Source: an uncultured Pseudomonadota bacterium
Lineage (GTDB): Bacteria > Vulcanimicrobiota > Vulcanimicrobiia > Eremiobacterales > Eremiobacteraceae
Length of the DNA stretch: 64,000 nt
Assembly: GCA_963736005.1 (NCBI GenBank)
Contig: CAVTNB010000001.1
Span: 1,888,001 to 1,952,000, forward strand
Reading direction: 5' to 3'
This document shows, in pieces, positions 19,870 through 28,835 of this stretch (its first letter is position 1; every line of letters begins with the position of its first letter). The notes beneath the pieces are model-generated. The model saw nothing but the letters and a program-made list of their open reading frames with translations, was not told where the DNA came from and did not search any database. The translations under genes were made by a program, and so were the position numbers.

Positions 19870-20475
19870 CTACAAGCGCCGCTCGAGGTGGCGCAGCACG
19901 TAATCCGCCGCAAACGCGAGGACAACCGCTGCAAGCGCGCCCGCCACCGCTTTGGCAGCGTAATCGTGTTCGATGCCGTCAAGCACGAGCACGCCAAGAC
20001 CACCGGCATTGATCCAAGCCGCGATCGTGGCAATGCCAATGAGCGACACGGTGGCGACCCGAACGCCGGCAATGAAGACTGGCATCGCAAGTGGGCGCTG
20101 CACCTGCCATAGGACTTGCGCGTCGCTCATCCCCATTCCACGCGCCGCTTCAACAACTGCCGGATCCACGCCCACAAGCGCGGCGGAGGTGTTGCGAACC
20201 AAGATCATTTGAGCGTAGGCTGCCAATCCAGTCACCGCCGTCCAAAAGCCGAGACCGAGCAGCGGAATGAGCAGCGCAAAAAGCGCCAAGCTCGGTATGG
20301 TGTAGATGATGCTCAACAGCGCGAGCAGCGGCCCCGCCGCGCGGCGTTGGCGTGCCGCGAAGATGCCGATCGGGATTGCAAAAACGAGCGCGATGAAGAG
20401 CGACGTTCCAACGATTTCAAGATGCTGGAGTGTCAAGTGGGCCACGAGCAGCGGATGGCGGATAAGGTACGACAC
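19870..20475 (-). CDS. Osmoprotectant (Opu/Osm-type) ABC permease
   Basis: YTIPSLALF, EAARGMGM, INAGGLG. Confidence 0.9.
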   Translation of the reverse strand: MSYLIRHPLLVAHLTLQHLEIVGTSLFIALVFAIPIGIFAARQRRAAGPLLALLSIIYTIPSLALFALLIPLLGLGFWTAVTGLAAYAQMILVRNTSAALVGVDPAVVEAARGMGMSDAQVLWQVQRPLAMPVFIAGVRVATVSLIGIATIAAWINAGGLGVLVLDGIEHDYAAKAVAGALAAVVLAFAADYVLRHLERRL

Positions 20476-20480
20476 GTGCG

Positions 20481-21458
20481 TTATCCGGCTGCGGCGCGAG
20501 CCGCCGCAAGCATGTGATCGAGGCTTAAGGTTCCGACGAACTGCCCGGTTTCGTCAAGCACCCGCAACCGAAGATTCCCAGTGGCGAGCATCGCCGAGAG
20601 CGCCGAACGCAAGTCGTCATCGATGCGCACCGTTGCCTGGTTTGGTCCCTGCGTATCAGCCTGCGACGCTTCGTCCAACATCGCGTCGCGCACTCTCATC
20701 ACGCTGAAGCGGCGCACGAGATCGCCTGCGTTAACGAGTTCGGCGACGAAGTCGTCTCTAGGCCGCGCGAGTATCGCAACCGGGCGATCGCTTTGCACGA
20801 TTCGGCCGTTGCGCATGATCACAATGAAGTCCCCGAGCCGTAGGGCTTCATCGACATCGTGCGTCACGAACAAAACGGTCTTGTGCAGGCGTTGTTGCAG
20901 CCCGCACAGCTCGCTCTGCAAGCGAGCCCGCTCGATTGCATCCAACGCGCCAAACGGTTCGTCCATCAGCAAAATAGCCGGATCCGCTGCGAGCGCGCGC
21001 GCCAGACCAACTCGCTGCTGCTGTCCCCCAGAGAGCTGTGCCGGAGCGCGGTGACCGAATTGGTCCGCAGGCAAGCGAACGAGCTCTAACATCTCGCGAA
21101 CTCGCGCTTTGATTTTTTCGCGCGGCCACCTGAGCAACGAGGGCACGACCCCGGCGTTCTCTTCGACCGTCATGTGGGGAAACAATCCGATCTGCTGGAT
21201 CACATAGCCGATGTTGCGCCGCAGCGCCGTCGGCTCGAGTGACGCGACGTTGATCCCATTGACTGCAACGCTGCCAGAAGTGGGCTCGACGAGGCGGTTG
21301 ACGGTCTTCAGCAGCGTCGTCTTGCCGCAACCTGATGGTCCCAGCACGACCACGAACGTGCCAGGCTGCACGTCAAGCGTCACCTCATCAACGACCCGTT
21401 TGCCGTCTTGGTATGCTTTGGTGACCCGATCGAATCGAACGCTTGGGGTGGCGCTCAC
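20481..21458 (-). CDS. Osmoprotectant ABC ATPase with CBS-like C-terminus
   Basis: GPSGCGKTT, IGYVIQQIGLFPHMT, LSGGQQQR, LMDEPFGALD, VTHD. Confidence 0.92.
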   Translation of the reverse strand: MSATPSVRFDRVTKAYQDGKRVVDEVTLDVQPGTFVVVLGPSGCGKTTLLKTVNRLVEPTSGSVAVNGINVASLEPTALRRNIGYVIQQIGLFPHMTVEENAGVVPSLLRWPREKIKARVREMLELVRLPADQFGHRAPAQLSGGQQQRVGLARALAADPAILLMDEPFGALDAIERARLQSELCGLQQRLHKTVLFVTHDVDEALRLGDFIVIMRNGRIVQSDRPVAILARPRDDFVAELVNAGDLVRRFSVMRVRDAMLDEASQADTQGPNQATVRIDDDLRSALSAMLATGNLRLRVLDETGQFVGTLSLDHMLAAARAAAG

Positions 21459-22363
21459 GATGCGCTGGGAACCAAACCAATGCGGGCGAGGAAATCCGCG
21501 GCGACGTCAGCCGGCTCTTCATGCTGGCCGTCGACGCGCCAATTGAGGCGACGCATGACGTCGTCGGTCAGATGCGGTGCCAGCGGGTTGAGCGCGGCTG
21601 GAATGCCCGGATAACGCGCCAGCGCGTCGCGCCGCACGACCGGTGCGACTTGATAGGGTGGGAAGAAATGTTTGTCGTCTGTCAGCACAACGAGGTGGTC
21701 AGCATCAATCTGACCGTCGGTTCCAAAGGCAACGACGACGTCGACTTTTCCATCGAGCAGCGCAGTATACTTAAGTCCGATATCGATAAGGGTGATGGTT
21801 GCAAAACGAAAACCGCCATAAGCTGCTTGCAAGCCAGGCAAGCCGTCTGGGCGATCGGTGAATTCAGGCACGGCACCGAGACGCAGCTGCGGTGCTAGGC
21901 GCGCGCAGTCCGAGAGCGTATGCAACCCGAAGCGCTGCGCCGTTTGGGCCGTTGTCGCGAGCGCTTGCGTGTCGTTCATCGGAGCCGGTTGCAGCCACAT
22001 CAGGCCATACCGCGATTCGTAGTGCGCTTGCACGGTGCGAAAGACGGCGGCGCGGTCGTGCATCGGAGCGAGTTTCAATTGGGTCAACAAAGCGGTGCCG
22101 GTGTACTCGGGGTACAGGTCAATTTCGCCGCGCAAGATCGATGCCATCGCGATGTTCGTGCCACCCAGGTTGAGTTTGCGCTCGACCGAATAGCCCGCGT
22201 GCTCCAAAAGACGCGCGTACATTTCGCCCAGCAAGAGTTCTTCGGAAAAGTTCTTTGAGCCAATCCCAATTCCCGACGTCGTATGGCGCGCGCAAGAACT
22301 CAAACCGGCAACGCCGGCGAGCAATGCGAGCGCGCGCGCGCGGGTGAGTCTAGCGTGTGGCAT
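21455..22363 (-). CDS. Quaternary-amine/osmoprotectant substrate-binding lipoprotein
   Basis: Lipobox LSSC, GSKNFSE, YPEYTGT, RPDGLPGL, DDKHFFPPY. Confidence 0.9.
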   Translation of the reverse strand: MPHARLTRARALALLAGVAGLSSCARHTTSGIGIGSKNFSEELLLGEMYARLLEHAGYSVERKLNLGGTNIAMASILRGEIDLYPEYTGTALLTQLKLAPMHDRAAVFRTVQAHYESRYGLMWLQPAPMNDTQALATTAQTAQRFGLHTLSDCARLAPQLRLGAVPEFTDRPDGLPGLQAAYGGFRFATITLIDIGLKYTALLDGKVDVVVAFGTDGQIDADHLVVLTDDKHFFPPYQVAPVVRRDALARYPGIPAALNPLAPHLTDDVMRRLNWRVDGQHEEPADVAADFLARIGLVPSAS

Positions 22364-23006
22364 GCGCCGCCGACCCAAGACGTCGAGAACTCAAGAGCAA
22401 CATCGCGCTGAGCAGACCTTCAGCCGCCAGCGCAAGCAACGCAACGCTTGACCCTCCGAGTAGCAATTGGCGCATATCGTTATTGGCAAGGCCGTCAAGA
22501 ATAAAGTTGCCGAGCCCGCCGGCTCCGATGAACGCGGCGAGCGTCGCGGAAGCGATCACCTCGATGGTGCTCGTGCGCAACCCGGCGATCATCACCGGCG
22601 TCGCCAGCGGATATTCGATTCGGCGGAACATCTGCGCTGGTCGCATACCCATGCCCAACGCGGCCTCGCGAATCGACGGAGAGATGCCGCGAAAGGCAAC
22701 GTCGGTATTGATCAGGATGGGGGGAAACGCAAGCAAGGCCAGGGCGGCGAGTGCTGGAGCAAAACCTATGCCTAAAAGAGGCAGCATGAACGCGAGCAGT
22801 GCCAAACTCGGGATCACCCGCAGTGCAGTCACGAGGCTCACCACAGATTGACCACTGGGCGAGCGTGAAGTCCAAATGCCAAGTGGAACGCCCACAATGA
22901 CGGCGATGAGCAGCGCTGCAACGCTCAAAGCAACGTGCTCGCGCAACGCCAGCAAGACATCTTGGCGATGAGCCAGTGCATACGTGAACGTTTGTGCGAG
23001 CAGCAT
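22350..23006 (-). CDS. Osmoprotectant ABC permease
   Basis: RVIPSLALL, PPILINT, EAALGMGM, GAGGLG. Confidence 0.9.
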   Translation of the reverse strand: MLLAQTFTYALAHRQDVLLALREHVALSVAALLIAVIVGVPLGIWTSRSPSGQSVVSLVTALRVIPSLALLAFMLPLLGIGFAPALAALALLAFPPILINTDVAFRGISPSIREAALGMGMRPAQMFRRIEYPLATPVMIAGLRTSTIEVIASATLAAFIGAGGLGNFILDGLANNDMRQLLLGGSSVALLALAAEGLLSAMLLLSSRRLGSAAHATR

Positions 23007-23107
23007 GAGCGGCGTTCCGGATTCTGCGCGATTCCCTCCGACACCCGCACCGCAAGACCCCAAACTCTTAGAAGGCCTCGCGACTCGCTGCGCCAACTGC
23101 CTCGGAC

Positions 23108-23608
23108 ATGGAAGTGTATCTCTTACGGCATGGCGTCGCGCAAGAACGCGACCCAAAGAAGTACTCCGACGATCGTTTGCGACCGCTGACCATTGAAGGA
23201 CTCGAGCGCATGCGCGAGATCGTTCGCGGCTTATTGAAAATTGGAGTCGAGTTCGATGCTATCTTCGATAGCGGTTTTACCCGAGCGCGCCAAACCGCCG
23301 AAGTGATCACCGATGCATATCGAATCGACAGCCGCGACATCCAAACGACCCCGGCGCTCGAACCCGATCACGATCCTGCAGAAGTCATTGCCCTGCTCGA
23401 AGCAAACCGCACAAGCAAACGAATCTTGCTTGTTGGCCACGAGCCACACCTCTCAAGAACCGTTGCCTATCTCGTCGGCTTGCGTAGCGGCGCTGCGGTG
23501 GATTTCAAGAAAGGCGCCCTGTGCCGCATCGACTTCGATGCGCCGAAGAAGAGCGGCGGCACGATCGTGTGGCTCTTGCCGCCGAAGGTTTTGCGGAAGA
23601 TCCGCTGA
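23108..23608 (+). CDS. sixA: Phosphohistidine phosphatase SixA
   Basis: YLLRHG, RPLT, RARQTA, LVGHEP, FKKG. Confidence 0.9.
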   Translation: MEVYLLRHGVAQERDPKKYSDDRLRPLTIEGLERMREIVRGLLKIGVEFDAIFDSGFTRARQTAEVITDAYRIDSRDIQTTPALEPDHDPAEVIALLEANRTSKRILLVGHEPHLSRTVAYLVGLRSGAAVDFKKGALCRIDFDAPKKSGGTIVWLLPPKVLRKIR

Positions 23609-23610
23609 CG

Positions 23611-24303
23611 TTACGATGAACGGGCGCGGGCGCGCGCGAGTTCCTCGCGTACGCGCGCATCCGATACTTCTGCGAACATGAAATAAAAGCGGCCCACGGC
23701 GAACGGCAGGTCGCGCGAGGCGACCAGCACGATCAGCTCGTCGCAATGCGGTCGGAGGAGCTCCGCGCAATCTGCAGGCGCAACCGGCACCGCGGCGGCG
23801 ATGAAGCCGGCATTTCGTTTGCGGGCGGCCTCAATCGCACACAGCATCGTGGCCGACGTTGCGATCCCATCATCCACGATGATGACGGGTCGATCATCCA
23901 GCGGAAGCGGTTGAGCATCACCACGGAGCCGCTGATCGAGCGACAACGCTTGCTCCCGCGCCTTAGCAAACAGCGACTTGGCAACTGCAGCCGGAAATGC
24001 GGCCGAGTGCTCCGTGACCACAGCGTCGCCGTATGCAGACACCGCGCCGATGGCAAGCTCGGGCTGCATGGGGTGGCCAACCTTGCGCACGACGATCACA
24101 TCGAGTGGCGCATGCAGCGCCTCGGCAACCGCGCCAGCAACAATGACGCCGCCTCTGGCAATGCCAAGAACGACGCAGTTATCCCGGGGATTGAGAACTC
24201 GTGCGAGCGCGAGACCCGCAGCGCGCCTATCGAGAAATGGCAGAGCGGGCTCTTCGCTTGTGCCTTCCACGGTGTGGTCTTCAACTGCGGTGCAGCTGCG
24301 CAC
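23611..24303 (-). CDS. Phosphoribosyltransferase-family protein
   Basis: FLDRRAAG, LGIARGG, VRKVGHP, IVDDGIATS, AVGRFY. Confidence 0.85.
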   Translation of the reverse strand: MRSCTAVEDHTVEGTSEEPALPFLDRRAAGLALARVLNPRDNCVVLGIARGGVIVAGAVAEALHAPLDVIVVRKVGHPMQPELAIGAVSAYGDAVVTEHSAAFPAAVAKSLFAKAREQALSLDQRLRGDAQPLPLDDRPVIIVDDGIATSATMLCAIEAARKRNAGFIAAAVPVAPADCAELLRPHCDELIVLVASRDLPFAVGRFYFMFAEVSDARVREELARARARSS

Positions 24304-24311
24304 CGCCCCTG

Positions 24312-24734
24312 CTAAGGTTGTTCTCGCTCGAGGCTCGCTTGAAACGACCGTACGCCAAATTGTCGTCCGAATTTTTGCTCGACGACGAAATCGGAAATCT
24401 CATTGGCCTCGCGATCCGCTAAGCCAACGAAGCGTAAGCCATAGCGGGTTTGATAGCCGGAACTACTTGGGTTCGCGTACACCACGCGCCCCCGGGCATC
24501 AACGCGCCTCCCAACGCCCAGGCTAAGGAGCAAGGCGACTGTATCTCCCGGCTTCATACGAACGTGGGTACGAACGCAGGCGCCCCCGACGGAAATGTCT
24601 TCGAGCATGCCTTGCTGCTCGTGCGACCAGGGCGTGTTCAATCGCACCGGCTCGCTGATCATCACCCTGGGGTGTACGCGCGGTTGTCGCGTCACACGGC
24701 TCATCGCGTTGCGGAGCGATCGGAACAGTGGCAC
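24312..24734 (-). CDS. PilZ-domain protein
   Basis: RxxxR (RVHPR) and DISVGG c-di-GMP-binding motifs, GLRF. Confidence 0.85.
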   Translation of the reverse strand: MPLFRSLRNAMSRVTRQPRVHPRVMISEPVRLNTPWSHEQQGMLEDISVGGACVRTHVRMKPGDTVALLLSLGVGRRVDARGRVVYANPSSSGYQTRYGLRFVGLADREANEISDFVVEQKFGRQFGVRSFQASLEREQP

Positions 24735-24888
24735 TATTTGGCTCCAGTATGGACCAACCCGTTGGTTTTACGCTTAGCTTACTGCAAAACCCAAGCGGTC
24801 CCTCTCTCCATAATAAGCAAGCAGGCGAACTGACGCAAGGGAACCTTGTTGGATAAGGGCTTTAAGCCTAGCTTTTCGGGGCGGTGAG

Positions 24889-26820
24889 CTAGCCGATCCG
24901 CCGGGGAATCAGCTCGCCTGGCTTTATCAAGTTGCCGTCGAGGATAAAGGAGCTGCTGCGCAGCGTCCGTGCCGCTCGCTTGTGACGGGAGACGTTGGAT
25001 GCGACTGCCGCATACGAGGGGAGTGGTGTCCGCGAGCTGCGCAGGCCAACGACGGTTAAGGTCACTTCCGCGTCTGGCCGTCCCGAGCCGCCCGAATCAA
25101 GCAAAGGCAATTCCCGGCTCACGTGCAGCGCCGCTACTTTGCGCTCGAACTCGCTGATGATGGTGGTTGCGATCGGTTCGATTTTTCCCTCGGAGGAGAG
25201 GACGACGAAGTTGACGCCTCCCAAGTGACCGACAAGAGTCCCGGACGCATCGAACGCTTTCGCCGTGGTCGTGAGCGTCTCGGCGAGGACATTGATGACT
25301 TCATCGCCGCGCCCGAACCCGTAGCGTTCGTTATAGTGTCGTAGGTGATTGATGTCCACGTGCAACAGAGCGAATGAAGCCGTGCCCGCGGCTCGTCGTT
25401 CGATTTCTTGTTGAATGAGCATCCGGCTCGGTAGACCGGTAAGTGGATTTGAGTAGCGCGAAACCGAGGCCTGGAACTCCGTCATGGTGTGCAGCAGATC
25501 GCGGACTGACACAACCCCCGAATACGCACCATTCTCCAAGACGACGATCTCATCGTACATCTCCGAACGCCGGCGATGGACGACCTTGCGCGCAACATCG
25601 TCAATCGAGTCATTCACGTCGACGGCGAGATACGAGTCATCCATCACAAGCCGCACCGGACGCTTTGCGTAGATGGAATAGCCGAACTGGTGCGAAAGCC
25701 GTTCATACAGCTTCGTTCGGCTAACCAAACCCACGGGCGCTCCGGAATCGGTCAAGACCACGCTGTCGAGATCCGGGTTGCGATCGAAAATCTCCATGAC
25801 TTCCATTGTATACGCGGTCGGTGACAGCGCGGGTGACCGCCGCGTCACCGCGCTGACGGTCATTCGTTTTGGCGTAGGCGCCGTACGGCTGGCCGATGCG
25901 CGCTCTCGAATGAAGGCGGCGATTTCAGGTTTAGGTTCCGCGAAGACCGACGACGGTCGCGCTAACAGAAATCCCTGGCCATATTCGACGCCGATCTCGA
26001 TCAGCGTGGCCAGCTCTTCGACCGTTTCGATGCCTTCGGCGAGCACCTTCGCGTCGATGCGCCGTGCGAAGATGATGATGGCGGAGACAAGAGCATTCTT
26101 GGCACGATCGCGGTCGATATCGCGTACCAGCGCAATATCAAGTTTGATATAATGTGGGCGGAACTCCATCACCGCTCGAAGACTATTGTGCCCCGCTCCT
26201 GCATCATCGATGGCCACTTTAAAACCCTGGCGGTGGTAATGTTGCAAGGTTCGTTTGAAGAGATCGAAGTCGTCAATCGCCTGCTTCTCCGTAATTTCGA
26301 GCACAATGCGCTCCTGCGCCAATCGATTTTGATCGACGACATCACGAGAGAGGGCTTCGTTGCGTTCTTCGAAGACGCGCGGGCTGATGTTCAAAAAGAG
26401 ATAGCACCCGGGCGGAATGCCGGACGCATTGGCGATGGCGCGAAAGCGGCAAAGGCGTTCGAGCTGCGCGGCGACGCCTCGTTCGGCCGCTGTTGAAAAA
26501 AGCGCGTCGGCGCTCTCTAACCTCGTGCCGATTGGCCCGCGCGAAAGCGCTTCGTAACCAAGGACGCTGGCGTCTGAGAGCGAGACGATCGGTTGGAAGA
26601 GAGTTCGGATGCGCCCCTCTTTGAGAAGCCGATCGAAGTCATCCCCTGCGGCCTCGTTTGAGGCCAGCTGAGGTTCGTCGATGACGGGCGCGAGGGCGGT
26701 GGCGGACTCGGGTACGGTCGAAGTGACGTCAAGTTCGGAGCCTTGAGGCAACGGAGCACTATCGCCCGTAACGAATCCGAGCAAACGGCGAAAGCGATTG
26801 TTGATCTTAGAAGAGCTCAT
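24889..26820 (-). CDS. EAL-CBS-GGDEF(degenerate) protein
   Basis: FQPIV, YEALSRGP, LEITE, AIDDAGAG, IKLD, AEGIET, QGF; CBS pair; NPLTGLP followed by GGVNF in place of GGDEF. Confidence 0.9.
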   Translation of the reverse strand: MSSSKINNRFRRLLGFVTGDSAPLPQGSELDVTSTVPESATALAPVIDEPQLASNEAAGDDFDRLLKEGRIRTLFQPIVSLSDASVLGYEALSRGPIGTRLESADALFSTAAERGVAAQLERLCRFRAIANASGIPPGCYLFLNISPRVFEERNEALSRDVVDQNRLAQERIVLEITEKQAIDDFDLFKRTLQHYHRQGFKVAIDDAGAGHNSLRAVMEFRPHYIKLDIALVRDIDRDRAKNALVSAIIIFARRIDAKVLAEGIETVEELATLIEIGVEYGQGFLLARPSSVFAEPKPEIAAFIRERASASRTAPTPKRMTVSAVTRRSPALSPTAYTMEVMEIFDRNPDLDSVVLTDSGAPVGLVSRTKLYERLSHQFGYSIYAKRPVRLVMDDSYLAVDVNDSIDDVARKVVHRRRSEMYDEIVVLENGAYSGVVSVRDLLHTMTEFQASVSRYSNPLTGLPSRMLIQQEIERRAAGTASFALLHVDINHLRHYNERYGFGRGDEVINVLAETLTTTAKAFDASGTLVGHLGGVNFVVLSSEGKIEPIATTIISEFERKVAALHVSRELPLLDSGGSGRPDAEVTLTVVGLRSSRTPLPSYAAVASNVSRHKRAARTLRSSSFILDGNLIKPGELIPRRIG

Positions 26821-26922
26821 CTAAAGAAGGATGCCCTATCCGTGTCATCGGCGCAACCCAGGCTCATATGTAGGCGGGCGCCATATGAAGGTCGGTTTTG
26901 AGCAATCCCAAAAATCCCACCT

Positions 26923-28833
26923 ATGAGCAAGCATTTCGCGCGCCTGGAGCAACCCATGGTGCGCGACGGGCAGCGGCTTCGGGCTGCTTCGTGGGACGAA
27001 GCGCTCGATCGAGCTGCCGCTGGGTTTGCTTCCGCGAAGCGGGCGGCCGGTCCGAACGCTTTTGGGTTGTTTAGCTGCTCAAAGACGACCAACGAGCTGA
27101 ATTACCTCTCCCAGAAGTTTGCTCGTGCCGTCATGGGCTGCAACAACGTCGATAGCTGCAACCGGACCTGACACGCTCCAAGCGTCGCCGGTCTGGCGGC
27201 GGTTTTCGGAGCCGGCGGAGGCACGAACTCGTATCGGGAGGTTGAGGAAACCGACCTGATCATTCTTTGGGGGTCGAACGCGCGAGAAACGCATCCGATC
27301 TTCTTCCATCACGTCCTCAAGGGGATTCGCAACGGGGCTCGCTTGATCGTCGTCGATCCACGCCGCACGGGGACTGCGCAGTGGGCAGACACCTGGCTCG
27401 GACTCGATGTTGGAACGGATATCGCCCTTTCGAACGCGATGGCTCACGAAATCTTGCAAGGTGGGCTCGAACATCGCGCGTTCATCGAACATTCGACCAC
27501 TGGATTCGATGCCTACCGCGCGTCGCTTGGGCAGTACTCCCCACAAGCGGCGGAAAAAATGACCGGTGTGCCAGCAGAGGTTATCGCCGAAGTCGCTCGG
27601 GCGTACGCCAAGGCCGATCGAGCGATGATTTGCTGGACGCTTGGCATTACGGAGCACCACAACGCCGTCGACAACGTTTTCGCGCTCATCAACCTGGCGT
27701 TGCTGACAGGTCACGTGGGCCGATATGGTTGCGGGCTCAATCCTTTGCGCGGTCAAAACAACGTGCAGGGAGGCGGCGACATGGGCGCGATCCCGGATCG
27801 ATTGCCCGGTTTCCAAAGCGTGAGCGACCGCGAGTTGCGCGGAAAATTTGAGCGTGCCTGGGGTGTCGAGATTCCAGCACAGCGCGGCTGGCGCTTGAAC
27901 GAGATGTTCGAAGCGATCGAGCGCGGCGAACTTCGATCGCTGTACGTGATTGGTGAGAATCCGCTCGTCTCGGAAGCCGACCGCACTCGCGCCGAACATC
28001 TTTTGAGAAGCGTCGAACATCTCGTCGTCCAAGACATTGTCTTGACGCAGACCGCGGAAATTGCCGAGGTTGTCTTTCCAGCCGCAGCGGGGTGGTGTGA
28101 GTCTGAGGGCACCGTGACAAACAGCGAACGTCGCGTACAGCGCGTGCGCAAGCTCATGGAACCGCCGGGTGTGGCGCGCGACGACATCGACATTCTTTGC
28201 GAGCTGGCGCGTCGCTTGGGGCACGATCTCGGACATCCCACCGCCGAGGAGCTGTGGAACGAACTGCGCAGCTTGAGTCCGATGCATGCGGGCATGTCGT
28301 ACAAGCGCTTGGACGAACTGGGTGGCTTGCAATGGCCGTGCTACGACGGGCAGCATCCCGGGGAATTGTTCTTGCACGCTCGCCTGTGGGAGAACCCAGT
28401 GCGAGGTCCACTAGCCCCCTTCAATGTGGTCGAGCAAGAAGATCCGGTCGATACGTTGACTCCCGACTATCCCATTCGCCTGACCACCGGGCGAAGACTC
28501 GACTCGTTCAACTCAGGCGTGCAAAGCGGCGGGTACACCTCGCCGCTGCGTCGCGGCGAGTCGTTTGATATCTCTCCAGAGGATGCCGATCGCTACCGTG
28601 TAGCCGACGGTGAAGCCGTGCGCGTGACTTCGCGTCGGGGTTCGATAACAGTGCCAGTGCGCATCGATTCAACGCTGCGGCCGGGCTTGGCTTTCATGAC
28701 CTTTCATTTCGACGTGCCTACGAACGTGCTCACGATTGAAGCGAATGACCCGAAGTCGGGTACGGCCGAATTCAAGGCCTCGGCGGTACGTATCGAAAAG
28801 GTCGTCCCCGATACTGCCGGCGTCGGAGAGTAA
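26923..28833 (+). CDS. fdhF: Selenocysteine-containing formate dehydrogenase catalytic (Mo/W-bisPGD) subunit; UGA at 27169-27171
   Basis: In-frame NNVDSCNRT-UGA-HAPSVAGL matches the FDH Sec site; frame continues without stop through PLRGQNNVQG to 28833; SECIS-like hairpin follows. Confidence 0.9.
27172..27212 (+). promoter_or_regulatory. Bacterial SECIS element
   Basis: Upper stem cgtcgcc/ggcggcg with loop ggtct starting 11 nt after UGA; lower stem gctcc/ggagc. Confidence 0.75.
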
Positions 28834-28835
28834 CG

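Noticed and set aside
26845..26873. Sigma-28-like promoter (TACA-N16-GCCGATGA) upstream of the EAL gene
   Set aside because: Spacing and -35 deviate from consensus; too weak to call
27169..27171. FDH as a nonsense pseudogene
   Set aside because: The TGA sits exactly at the conserved Sec/Cys ligand position and is followed by a SECIS-like hairpin
27079..28377. Long antisense ORFs (here and e.g. 7376-8512, 58129-59166, 60985-61944)
   Set aside because: Shadow ORFs of well-supported genes in GC-rich DNA; no recognisable motifs
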